A DNA stretch of 64,000 nucleotides from NCBI RefSeq assembly GCF_964355755.1, contig NC_092680.1, positions 15,881,045-15,945,044 of the forward strand. The letters run 5' to 3'. The notes under the pieces were generated by a model. The model saw nothing but the letters and a program-made list of their open reading frames with translations. It had not been told where the DNA came from and ran no database searches. The DNA is from Antedon mediterranea. Lineage: Eukaryota > Animalia > Echinodermata. The translations under genes and the position numbers were made by a program. This document shows, piece by piece, positions 15,425 to 26,551 of this stretch (position 1 is its first letter; each line of letters opens with the position of its first letter).

Positions 15425-16091
15425 TTTGAAAACACTTTCCACTTGGATTGATTTCCATCAAGATATCTTTTCACCCAACATGATTTGAGAGATGTAGTAA
15501 CTCTTAATATGGGGAATTTTTAACCCTCCTTCGTCAAAATTGTTAAGCATGACTTTTCTTTTGACTTTATCGGGTTTTCCGTTCCATATAAATTTAAAAA
15601 TTTTACTTTGAATATCTTGAAGGAAACAATCGGGTGGGTCTGGTAAATTTGAGAAAACATACGTGAATATCGGGAGAAACAGTGACTTAATAATAGTTGC
15701 TTTTCCAAACAAAGTAAGTGAGCGTTGTTTCCACATATTTAATACTTGTTCAGCATTTTGAAAAACACTTTCCACTTGGATTGATTTCCATCAAGATATC
15801 TTTTCACCCAACATGATTTGAGAGATGTAGTAACTCTTAATATGGGGAATTTTTAACCCTCCTTCGTCAAAATTGTTAAGCATGACTTTTCTTTTGACTT
15901 TATCGGGTTTTCCGTTCCATATAAATTTAAAAATTTTACTTTGAATATCTTGAAGGAAACAATCGGGTGGGTCTGGTAAATTTGAGAAAACATACGTGAA
16001 CATCGGGAGAAACAGTGACTTAATAATAGTTGCTTTTCCAAACAAAGTAAGTGAGCGTTGTTTCCACATATTTAATACTTGTTCAGCATTT
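15425..16091. repeat. 333-bp tandem duplication inside the LINE
   Basis: ORFs ending at 15458 and 15791 share a near-identical peptide (NAEQVLNMWKQ...LGEKIS) offset by exactly 333 nt. Confidence 0.92.
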
Positions 16092-17344
16092 TTTGCCTTA
16101 TCTGGAAAATTGAGTCTGAAAATATCATTAAAATTACAAGATATATCAACACCCAAGTATTTTACTGGGCCTTTGGTCCATGAAATACTTTTCTCAGATG
16201 GCGTTTTATAGTCGCAGTTTCTTAACGATCCTATTCTCATAATGTTACTTTTTTCAGAATTAATTCTGAGTCCAGAATATATAGAAAATTCATCCAGTAT
16301 ATCTATAATCGGTTTAATTGAGTTTTGGTCTTTGAGAAAAAACACAGTGTCATCTGCAAATTGGCTAATTCTTATGTCTACATTATTGTACTCTATACCT
16401 TTAAATGTGTCTGATTGACGTACCATGTTACCTAGTGTTTCTGCACAAATTATAAAAAGATATAGGGATAAGGGACATCCTTGACGCAGGCCTCGTTTTA
16501 AATTGAAGAATTTTGATGTTACCCCGTTATTTATAACGCAACTAACAATGTCTTTATATAATATTTTTATCCAATTTATCATATTTTTACCAAAGCCAAA
16601 TCTCTATCATATCAAGGAAGTCCCATTTCACCTTATCGAAAGCCTTTTCGAAATCTACAAAAAAATAGTAAGTTTGGCTTGTTGTGCATTTCTGCATATT
16701 CTATTACATCATAGACTAATCTTATGTTTTCTCCAATATATCTGCCTTTAAGAAAGCCCGTTTGATCAGGATTAATTACTGATGGCAGCACACATTTTAA
16801 ACGAGTCGCAATGGCTTTTGCTAAAATTTTATAATCCACATTTAAAAGCGAGATGGGACGCCAGTTTTTAAATAATAGCGGAGATTTATCTTTTTTCGGT
16901 ATAAGTGATATCACCCCTCGTTTCTGGGAGATACTTAAAAACCCGGATTGGAAAGAATAATGGTAAGCGTTAATTAGCGTATCTTTTATATCATTTTAAA
17001 ATAGTTTATAAAACTCGGCAGGAAAACCATCTGTCCCAGGGGTTTTATTGTTATCCATCGCCTTTAATGCTTCTAAACTACTATACAGACATGCTTAGGC
17101 CTACTACACAGACATTATATTTAAACCTTATACACATACATGCCTTAGTTTACTACACAAACATCATATGCCTACTACACAGACGAGCCTATGCCCACTT
17201 ATACATAAAAGGCAATATGTCTAGAAAAAATCACAAAGCACACATGGAATATGGTACTCCTCAAATGGCCTAAATTGTCAATTACAAGTAATCTGGTTCT
17301 GAATATATCGCAGTCATCCAATAAAAGTGATAAGCTTATTGAGC

Positions 17345-17430
17345 ATAGTCTACACTATCACACTTTATGTGACAAAAGATATATGATGTGCCCATCCGTA
17401 TGGACATGATGATGCTAGTGTAGACAAGTC
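17345..17430. mobile_element. Small degenerate MITE (GTCTACACTA...TAGTGTAGAC); related partial copy at ~20214-20296
   Basis: Inverted ends GTCTACACTA / TAGTGTAGAC. TCTACACTATCA and TGATGTGCC are shared with ~20222-20263. Confidence 0.55.
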
Positions 17431-20400
17431 CTATTTCTAAAGCCTATTCGAACACTTCAATCATTGATCATTGGCCAGGCATTCTTATTTAAATCATATG
17501 CATTAAAGCAGAATTGACCACACACATTTTTTGCATGTGGTTAAACGAGAATAAAAAAAGTTTAACAACGAGATTGAACACCTTTGTGTTAAATACATTT
17601 TGTGAAAAAAAAATATACAAATGAGTAAGAAATTAATAAAGAAGGACATCGTTTTGTACTCCAGCGCCCTCTTTTGTTTTGATATGTTTCAAGCGTCCAA
17701 TTGCATTTTTTAAAATTACAGTATGCTGCCCTCAATAGAATAAAATAAAAAATAAACACACACAAACATAAACAAACCCTAGACTAAATAGACTGAGATA
17801 CTACACTATGATAACAATATTTTGAGAACTAATAAGCAAGAATTTTGAAAAATGCAAACACCATTTAATTGTGAGAACACGTCTCCGATAATCATTAAAA
17901 CATTTTTTAAATGTTCATTTTTCCAATTTGCGTGGTTCCTATCAAAAACTGAATTCGTTTAGGATGGGTAACCTGTATACAAATTTTTGAACCAAAATAT
18001 CTCTAACAGATGCTACTAATTGTATGGGTGAAACATTTGTTATGTTAAAAATGTTTCCAGTAGTTGGCACGAGATTACAAAAACGACTACACTGTACCAT
18101 AGTGCACTGGACACACTAATGGATTGAATATTAGGATGCATACAAATCCACGTATGCTCAGTCAAATGCTAACACTGGCCTATTTTGAAACCATTAAAAA
18201 TCACGTGATTCTAATTTACTATATGTTATTTCCTTAAAACAGAAAAACAGAAATGTTATTCAACACTTAAACATGTTATGTAATGTTGTTTAATTTCCAA
18301 GCGCCGAAAGAGTTATTTAACGAAACCATCACGATATCATTATGACTAAGTAACGATAGTATTTGCATACATATTGTTGAGAAATTCAACATTATTCCAT
18401 TGAATATCGAATAACATTTGAGTTTTCTGCAATTACGTCTTAACTGGGGTACAAAACAACTGCATTTAATACTGTTATATATAACTGTAATATATTTTAT
18501 AGAGGTGTAAATACTAAGAAAAAAACGAATCATTAATTCATTGAAAACTATTTAAATCATTAGCTTTAAACCAAACATAGTTGATTGTGGGTTGGGGGGT
18601 TGGGGGTTTAAAATATAATGTTATTTTATTCATTCTTAAATTTAATAAATCTATACTATAATACATCAGTTATTCTGCCCATGCAATACATGTAATTGAG
18701 TCATCTTACGACATATGTAACAATTGAATCTAATAAACCATTAGTTGACCACGAGGAAGGATGGGCACTGATACAATAATTATAATTTCCAAATGTGATG
18801 TGCGACAGTGCCAATCACAATGGGATCAACAACCCTAGACCTATGCATATCATGTGAAGTACCCATGCAGCAGTGAAGAGTCACTGAGGTTATATTATTC
18901 CATAGTAACTTTCGAAAAGTAAGGTCAATGTCAGTCAGTTCCTGCCTGACACAAATAGTCTATTTTATCTATTATAAAAATATATCTATAACCTAATAAC
19001 TTTTACTCGATATAGACCGATTATAGCACTATTAGTCGCATTGAAAGAGTAAAGATAATGAAAACAAAATACGTATACAACAGTACAAGTGTATCCTAAA
19101 AAACATGGACATGTTTATGAAATCAGATTTTGAATAAGCCATTTTGTAAGTTAATCATCAGTAGGAAAAAAACAACAACACTTATAAATACAAAACAAAC
19201 GGTTAAATCCAACCAAAAACCCATTTAACTATTGTTTGCTTTGAATTAAGTGAATAACTATTATGGGACATCAAAATCGCATATTCAACAAACAAATTTG
19301 AAAAAAAATGTCAGGAAGAAAATATATTTTTACGGTAACATTTTAGTAAATGAGTACTTTATAACGGACAATTTAATTTTGAAAGATTATAGAAGTAAAA
19401 TATCTAAAGACACCAAAGCTAGTTCAAATTAGATGAGTTTCCCATGAAATAAAAAATGAATAAATGTCCCTAATAAACAATAATACACGTATTTATTCAT
19501 TCATGTTTTTATTTCATGAGATAAATGCATCGGTTATTAAATTTGGTACGCATTACCGAATTTCCAAATAAGGAAAATACAAGATAGATCTAACATCCTG
19601 TCTGCCGTCAGAAGTGACCCTTAGCTGTATTAGTGTGTAAGGTTTGTCTGACTGCCACAAGAAGCCATTAATTTCCTATCTTGTAATGAACAGGATAAAG
19701 ATTCTGTGGCTTGGGTTAATGAAATAATACATTAGTAGGAAAGTCGCATTTAGAATTAATTCTCAGAAGATCAAAACAGAGCAAAAAACAGTAAAGAAAA
19801 TGAAACACATTCTACTTGAAAACCTGCAGATTAATAATGAGACCTAGATTATGTTAACGTCATCGTCAATCTTGTTTTATGATTTATAATAGGTGTTCTT
19901 AAAGTGTTCGAACATTTGGTTTGTTAATTAAATCATTTTAACAGAGTAATCACGGTTTTCTGACATTTATCAATAGAGACGGATAATTATTAATTTCATT
20001 AACAGTTTTGAAACTAAAAACACAGTATCTTCACGTTAATTAAGAACTTCCCTTGAAACCGATACAACGTGAATGGAAAGAATGAGTGATGGTCTATTAT
20101 TATGGCTAACATGCTTCGTTGACATCTGATGTTCACCAGTTCAATAGTTAAATATTACAAGATAAAGAGCTATAACAATTATAAAACAAATATCGCTATG
20201 TTTTGTATGCTTTGAGCTACATCTACACTATCAAACTAGTTTGATAAAAAAAATGTGATGTGCCAAATATGGTAGTGATCATCATCGTGTCCATACATAG
20301 TCAAATCACATAAACCAATAATCAAATTAACATGAGTTAATTAATTAAAATATGTAAAGAAGGTAAAAAGATAATAAACAAAATTGCAATGTTCACATAC

Positions 20401-22234
20401 ATTTATTATATTAGAATTTCTTGTATTAACAATTCATGTAAATAGGTAAATCTAACCACACGGTATACTGAAATGTTGTGCAAAGGTACAAAAATCACTA
20501 TATTTTCGTTGTTTACTTCTATAGAAATTAAGTGTAGGCTAAAACATTTTGAAATGAATAACAAAATTAAAAACTAATATTTAATGTTCGTTAACAATTA
20601 TAATAAACCAATAAGTATTGTTAACTTTATAATATAAACATTGAGAATACTATAAATATATTTAAACAACAAAAGTAGCGCCCAAACCGTTTATTTTTGT
20701 TTCAAAACCAATGCAATATAAAGAGTCTTTTCATCATTATTTCCCTCTATTAAAACTCAAAAGAAAACGTTAAACAGAAACATTTCGAAGCCTGCCAACA
20801 CAGTCACTGCAAAGTAAATAATAATACTTATCAGAGACAAGCAACAATTAACTCAATTAGGATTTAATCTTTATAAAATCTAAACTTTTTACAATACCAT
20901 CAAATAAAATAAATACTACATACGTCCCATGAATCACCAGTAACATTATCATGATTCTATAGTACAATCATAAAACCTTGGTTTTTTAGATTATATATGC
21001 ATGTGTTAGATTTCAATATTAATTCGATGTTGTGTTCTTGTACAGGCTCATAGTACAAGTAAAATAATAATGAACACTGAGCCTACTTTTACGACACTTT
21101 TCGAGCTGAAACTTCAGAAAGTTTTTTATAATTAATTAAAACCAATTGTAAACAGTTTTACAGATTGTTTAGTAACTTTTGTTTATTATGTTCTGTTTAT
21201 TCTATGATAATAATATGAAGTACGACATAAAGAAATATGAAAATGAAATATTATTATTTTATAATATTGTTCTGTGTCATAGATAACAATTGGAACTATA
21301 CTTCTTCTTTCTTTCTTTATTTCCATTCGTCATACACAATCATGAACATACATAAATAATCAGTACAAAGACAAAAAAAAGTTTTGAATTCTTTCCTAAT
21401 TTTTAGGAAGAAGCAATAAAAATGTGTATGTTACAGAAAATAGGAAGAGTGATACATATAGAGCAATCTGTTGACGTTAGGGAGGAGGAAAAAACATTTG
21501 GTAACAGCTAACGTAACAATATATAACATATTTACGGCATTTGTGTATAATTTATTTTGTGTTTCCTAATAAATAATAAATAATATCAGATGCAAAATTC
21601 TTTAAATAATCTCGATTAAAAAGTTACTACACTAAGGACAATGAATCATGATCCAAAAATAATATGATAAACTCGGTGGAAGATAGTAATGATATGGCGC
21701 AGGGTTTAGTTGTCGGAAAAAAGTGTATTTACTTCACACTTTAAAAACTAAAACTGTTTTTTTCGATAGTTTTTACGTATTTATAAATAGTAAACAAATG
21801 ATTAAATTAAACACAAATAATACTGTAGCAAACAAAAAATATATGATAGTCTGAAGTTTGGAAGTGAAAGTCATGTGACTTAGTAATAGGATTGTAATTG
21901 AATTAGCAATGATGAAATGCGAGTGCATACGTAGAGGAAGCGTACATTATGCGAACTTGTGTGTGCCAATGAAGAACGTATGAGTAATACGCAAAACTAG
22001 TCAATTTGTGAGTATTAGAACACAGGCTAATTTGTGAGTTCTAAACGCAGAAGTGCTTTTGTTTGTGAATCAAAAAATAACAGTTTTAGCTTGGAATCAT
22101 ACTTATCTACGTTAAAGTTTTCCGTTTCCTATTCCTAGGATTTCGAACACACTTGTTTTCACGTCGAGAGAAATAAATCATTGGAATTGTTAAGTCTGTT
22201 TACAGCTACCTGCAGTGGCGGAGAGGACAGCGCC

Positions 22235-24124
22235 ATGGGCTTGTCAACAAAGTTGTTATTTCTGGCTGTGTTGCCAATTGTTATCGAAGCGCAGTTTATT
22301 CAGTCGCCTCAATCACAAGTTGTTATACTCGGAGAATCCGTAACTCTACGATGCACATTTAATGTTAGTCCAGGAGCGGTACTTATGACTTATTGGTTAA
22401 AGGGATCTTCTCATATTAGCATTAGGCGACAAATATTAGAAGTCACTGGAGAGGATATTAAACGACGATATTCAATAGTAGGTGACACAAAAAACATGGA
22501 GTACTCTCTAAAAATAGTCGATGTTAAAGTTGAAGACGCTGGTGAATATATTTGTGCATACATGAGCGCGTCAAAAGTATCAACTACTGTGCCCGCTATC
22601 ATAACCGTTATTGTTCCACCAAAAGCCGATTTTCCAGTATGTTTGTCGACACCTGAGCCTGGTGCACACAAACCTGGTTCTACTGTCCAGTTAAACTGTA
22701 TTTCGCTTGGAGGTGTACCCCGAGCAGATTTAACTTGGACTCGTAATGCTATACAGCTTGGAAACATGACTTTTGACAATAACAAAATCACGCATGTGCT
22801 TACACCAGACGACAATGGTGTTTATTTTAAATGCTCTGCTACAAGTCCAGCTTTAAGGAAACCTCGAATGTGTGTCATCATGCCGATGAAAATACCACCA
22901 TCACCAATGATTAAAGGGAGCTCAAATAGTTCACTTGTGGGAGAGGATTTCACTGCCAGCTGTCGTAGTGATGGAATACCAGCCATTGGGTCGTATTCAT
23001 GGTTTATAGATGGTCGTCCAGTTGACTTTACCAATCCACGCTTTTCTGAAATTAACCACCATATTAAAATCCGCAACCTTCAAAAGAAAGAGGATAATTC
23101 TATCTTAACGTGTATGGCAACAACAACTCTAGGTTTGACCGGAAATTATAGCATACTGTTAACAGTTAATCAACCAACAACGACAGCGCCTCCCACTACT
23201 CTATTTTCAACAACAACACAGGCAACATACACTGTTACAAATTCAAACATAATAATTAATCCTTGGGAAGAAGTTGAAAGTGAAGTGAAAAATAAAGATT
23301 ATACCGATACAAGTGTCACACGCTATAACATGAAACTAATCTTAGCATTGATATTTGGAATGCTAATCTTCATCTTTATCATTGTCCTAATGACTCTAAC
23401 TTACTTCTTTGCATCACATACCACCCGAGCACAACAGAAGGAATCTCGCTATGAAGAAACAACACTAGGCCCAGTAAGTCATCGAAATTCATTTATTTAT
23501 ATGCCTGCTTTACACCAAGGTGAAAATGGGCAGATTTTCCACACGTCCGCCAATGACGAGAACTCGAGCGGATATATTTCTCAGTTGTACGCTAGTCTCG
23601 AAAAACCAAAACATCACATGAACAAAAGCCAAAGCGTTTCTGCTTTACACAATAAAAACATTAAATCAGCTCTTAGTCCAAGTCCAAGTGTTGTGACCCT
23701 ACCTGTCAACACTCCATGTGGAGGGCGTAAGGATTACAGAAGCTATAATAGAGTCCAGTATACTAAGCAACCTTTACGCTACACCACACATGTTGACGCT
23801 CCATTTGCCCTACCAAATGACGGCATGGTCACGTTCCACCCAATGCGTCGCAACACTATGGATAATATTGCTTCAACGTCTGCCATGGCAAACCGTGCTG
23901 CATTTTCAATGAGACGTGGTACCAGCATAGGCTATGACAATGTTTGTCTTTCCGAAAACTATGGCCCCGGTTCTGAAATGGATTACGTACCAAACGAGGA
24001 CATCTACGTGAATAGACCTATTGATGGATATCGAAATAATGAAATAAGTGATAATGACCTTCCACCACCGCCACCATACGTAGCCGAAGAACAACCGCAA
24101 CCTAATCCATTCCTTCCAGACTAA
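22235..24124 (+). CDS. Single-exon immunoglobulin-superfamily type I membrane receptor (V-set + 2 C2-like Ig, Thr-rich stalk, TM, Tyr-rich tail; nephrin/Kirre/nectin-like), 629 aa
   Basis: ATG in strong Kozak context GCCATGG at 22235. Signal peptide MGLSTKLLFLAVLPIVIEA. Ig signatures VTLRC..YW..YSLKI..EDAGEYIC, VQLNC..LTW..GVYFKC and FTASC..YSW..LTC. TM segment LILALIFGMLIFIFIIVLMTLTYFF. Uninterrupted 1.9-kb frame in AT-rich DNA. Confidence 0.92.
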   Translation: MGLSTKLLFLAVLPIVIEAQFIQSPQSQVVILGESVTLRCTFNVSPGAVLMTYWLKGSSHISIRRQILEVTGEDIKRRYSIVGDTKNMEYSLKIVDVKVEDAGEYICAYMSASKVSTTVPAIITVIVPPKADFPVCLSTPEPGAHKPGSTVQLNCISLGGVPRADLTWTRNAIQLGNMTFDNNKITHVLTPDDNGVYFKCSATSPALRKPRMCVIMPMKIPPSPMIKGSSNSSLVGEDFTASCRSDGIPAIGSYSWFIDGRPVDFTNPRFSEINHHIKIRNLQKKEDNSILTCMATTTLGLTGNYSILLTVNQPTTTAPPTTLFSTTTQATYTVTNSNIIINPWEEVESEVKNKDYTDTSVTRYNMKLILALIFGMLIFIFIIVLMTLTYFFASHTTRAQQKESRYEETTLGPVSHRNSFIYMPALHQGENGQIFHTSANDENSSGYISQLYASLEKPKHHMNKSQSVSALHNKNIKSALSPSPSVVTLPVNTPCGGRKDYRSYNRVQYTKQPLRYTTHVDAPFALPNDGMVTFHPMRRNTMDNIASTSAMANRAAFSMRRGTSIGYDNVCLSENYGPGSEMDYVPNEDIYVNRPIDGYRNNEISDNDLPPPPPYVAEEQPQPNPFLPD

Positions 24125-24317
24125 TACAATGTTCATATGATATCAATGTTAATATTGATATACACTGCATGTTCTGCTATTTATAAACTTAAAAGGCATG
24201 TAAACAATACAATGTGAAAACTATTAAGGGAGGTTGTACCCTTTGGAATTGTCACAGCTGGTCTATACAACCAACAATGAACGTATTGTAACGCAGGATC
24301 TTTTCTCTCAATTTCAG

Positions 24318-24968
24318 AACTATAATAATGAAGATCCTATAGGTGACAGAGTGTCAAAGACCAGGGACTTTCCACATTACCCTCAAACGTATGTGTCTCA
24401 AGATCCTCTAACGGTAGGCTTGGCTGGGTTAGCTATCAATGACCATTCGTATGACCAAACAACTTCAAGTGAATTTGAAATGACAGTTTCCCAGGAAAAG
24501 TTAACTGATGAAGAAAAAATCGAAAGTTTGCAAGCCGCGGTTGATCCAATTAGTGATGCTAAATTGGAAAGCGATGAACCCGTATGTGTAGTCATCGAAA
24601 ATGACGCCACGGCTAAACAGCAAAACACATTGATTGAAAGAGAAGATGTTTCTTGTGAAATGCTTTCCGAACCGATTCAAGCCCCAACACCTAAGACCAG
24701 TGACGTGAATACGCACTCTACAGCGGATAGCGACTTGGATGAGCGTAACCCTCAAGCAATGACTCCAAATTCAGATTGTGTAAAGCTAGTAATAACGGAC
24801 GAACATCAACCGTGTGCAGATCCCAAAGAAGACATCAGTCGGGAGCAAAATGTAGTAAATGTCTCTGTTGAAACTCCAAGTAACAGTGCTCCGCTAGAGG
24901 TAGATGTAGACACTGGTAGTGATACCAATGCAATCCGGGCTTCACAACTTTCTGATGAGGTAGATTAG
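24318..24968 (+). CDS. Probable terminal coding exon (acidic, low-complexity, 216 aa), likely an alternative cytoplasmic tail of the Ig receptor
   Basis: 735-nt open frame lacking an early ATG. Strong acceptor CTTTTCTCTCAATTTCAG ends at 24317 in phase 0. AATAAA lies ~90 nt after the stop. Confidence 0.6.
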   Translation, partial: NYNNEDPIGDRVSKTRDFPHYPQTYVSQDPLTVGLAGLAINDHSYDQTTSSEFEMTVSQEKLTDEEKIESLQAAVDPISDAKLESDEPVCVVIENDATAKQQNTLIEREDVSCEMLSEPIQAPTPKTSDVNTHSTADSDLDERNPQAMTPNSDCVKLVITDEHQPCADPKEDISREQNVVNVSVETPSNSAPLEVDVDTGSDTNAIRASQLSDEVD

Positions 24969-25058
24969 GTTGTGATTCTGTAGTGAACAATTTCGAGTAA
25001 AATTAAATTGAATAGTTAAGAATTTTCACACCTTGGCATTTCTATGTAAATGTACATG

Positions 25059-25064
25059 AATAAA
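25059..25064 (+). promoter_or_regulatory. Candidate polyadenylation signal AATAAA
   Basis: Lies ~90 nt downstream of the TAG at 24966-24968. The hexamer is common in AT-rich DNA, so support is weak. Confidence 0.35.
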
Positions 25065-25456
25065 ACACAGTTGTTGACAATTTTCTTTAATACTAATTGC
25101 AATAATTGTGTTCTCTCCATGGCGTACCGTACTATTTAAAAGTAATACCTATTTAGACAATAATAAAATTATTATATATTAAAAAAACTGTTAATAATGA
25201 TATTACGTAACGATGCAATAATTTGGATATATTGATGTAAATATCATTAATTAAATTTTCCAAAAGACGAATTATTAAATTATGTATATAAAAAATACTG
25301 TATATTTTATAATTCTGTATGATGTATAGTATGTGTGAATTGGTGCAGATTGTTTCCCACTCGGACGCAACGCAATGACGTAAGCACAACGCAAGTAAGT
25401 TGACCAATCACAACCGACGGTTTAGAATATCCATCGCATCTTGATTGATCAAGTCA

Positions 25457-25570
25457 TTTTTAGTCGTGTGCAAACGCGACTCTACAGCTCACTATGTCGG
25501 TTGTTCGGTCGGTCGGTAAACACTAACTCAAATGTGAGCACGCGACTGCAGCCATTTATATGGTCTTGTT
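25457..25570 (+). mobile_element. Mini HINE, ~115 bp
   Basis: TTTTTAGTCGTGTG..CGCGACT..CACTATGTCGG..GGTCGGTCGG..CACGCGACT (25539-25547), hairpin GCCATTTATATGGT, then CTTGTT. Confidence 0.75.
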
Positions 25571-26551
25571 GGTGCACTTACAACATTGTGTTGCATCTAA
25601 TTATGAGGAAGCAATCTTTAGACATAAACAGGCCTTTGTATGCGTTTGAACATTTTGCAAATTTTATGCTGTTTATCAATTTGAGAAAACTCATATTATT
25701 TGTTTATTCTAAAATAAAATTATTACTTAAGAAATGATATTCATTATATTATCTTTTTAAAAATATGTGACACTACTGTAATTGGTTCTTCATGCAGCAA
25801 CTCATAAGTAATTTCAAACGGAAACAACCTGATAATTAATCTAATAAACACAATGCTTTCATAATTGCATTTAAATAATTGCACTTTTAGATGAAGGAAG
25901 TACGGAATCCAATTCTTGAAAGAAATGTGAAGATCTTACAAAGCTGGACTGTGCCATGAGGCGATTCTTGTACAGGTTAATGTCTAGAGACGTCAAAGCT
26001 ATGGTGTTGTGTCGTGTAAAGCGACGATAACATGACTTTCCATAAGACACGAATGTCAGTACAAGACCAACACCTAAATATTAATTGGATATGACCCTTT
26101 GAATATTCTCTCTCATTAGATTTTTGAAAAAAAATCTTTTGTGTTCAAGATTAAAAAGCTAAAGCAATGTCAGTCAAAAAGCTGGCTTGCCGAAAAGTGT
26201 TGACATACGGTATTTAAAAAAGAGGCAAAATTCAGACAAAGTCCTGGCAACAAGAACATATACACAGCAAAATTCTGATTCTTGTTTTAAGAAAAAAAAA
26301 ACTTGTTTCAAGCAAAATATTTCTTGAAACAAGTAAATTTTGACTTGTCCGTATTTCAATACTTTTTGGCTTACCAAGAATCGTAAAATTCTTAACAAGA
26401 ATCACACAAATTCTTATCAAGAAAATTATTCTTACCAAGAAATAATACTTTAAGAACAATATTCTTACCAAGAATTTAATTGCTTTTTTCATTCTTGTTT
26501 TAAGCAGTATCTGTCTTAAAATAAGTAACAATTTATCGATTTTTTAAAATA

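Larger units (their letters stand above)
13451..17078 (-). mobile_element. 5'-truncated, decayed L1/Tx1-clade non-LTR retrotransposon (RT + C-terminal Cys/His motif)
   Basis: Motifs KTPGTDGFPAEFY, NWRPISLLNVDYKILAK, GLRQGCPLS, QFADD and CSFC..ETLLHMFFEC. A-rich tail at 13451-13490. 13-bp TSD TACTATACAGACA (13438-13450 / 17079-17091). Contains stops and frameshifts. Confidence 0.93.
12540..17193. mobile_element. Foldback/MITE-like element with 168-bp TIRs (CATAG...CTATG); right TIR split by a LINE
   Basis: 12540-12707 is the near-exact reverse complement of 13385-13450 joined to 17092-17193. The TIRs are built of TGTCTGTGTAGTAGGC-like subrepeats. No flanking TSD is visible. Confidence 0.7.

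Noticed and set aside
12530-17203. Assigning the 168-bp-TIR element to the P superfamily from its CATAG ends
   Set aside because: No 7-8-bp TSD in the flanks (AATGAAAA vs CCCACTTA), so it is left unclassified.
22411-24755. Antisense and alternate-frame ORFs over the Ig gene and acidic exon
   Set aside because: Shadow ORFs of real coding sequence, with no recognisable motifs.
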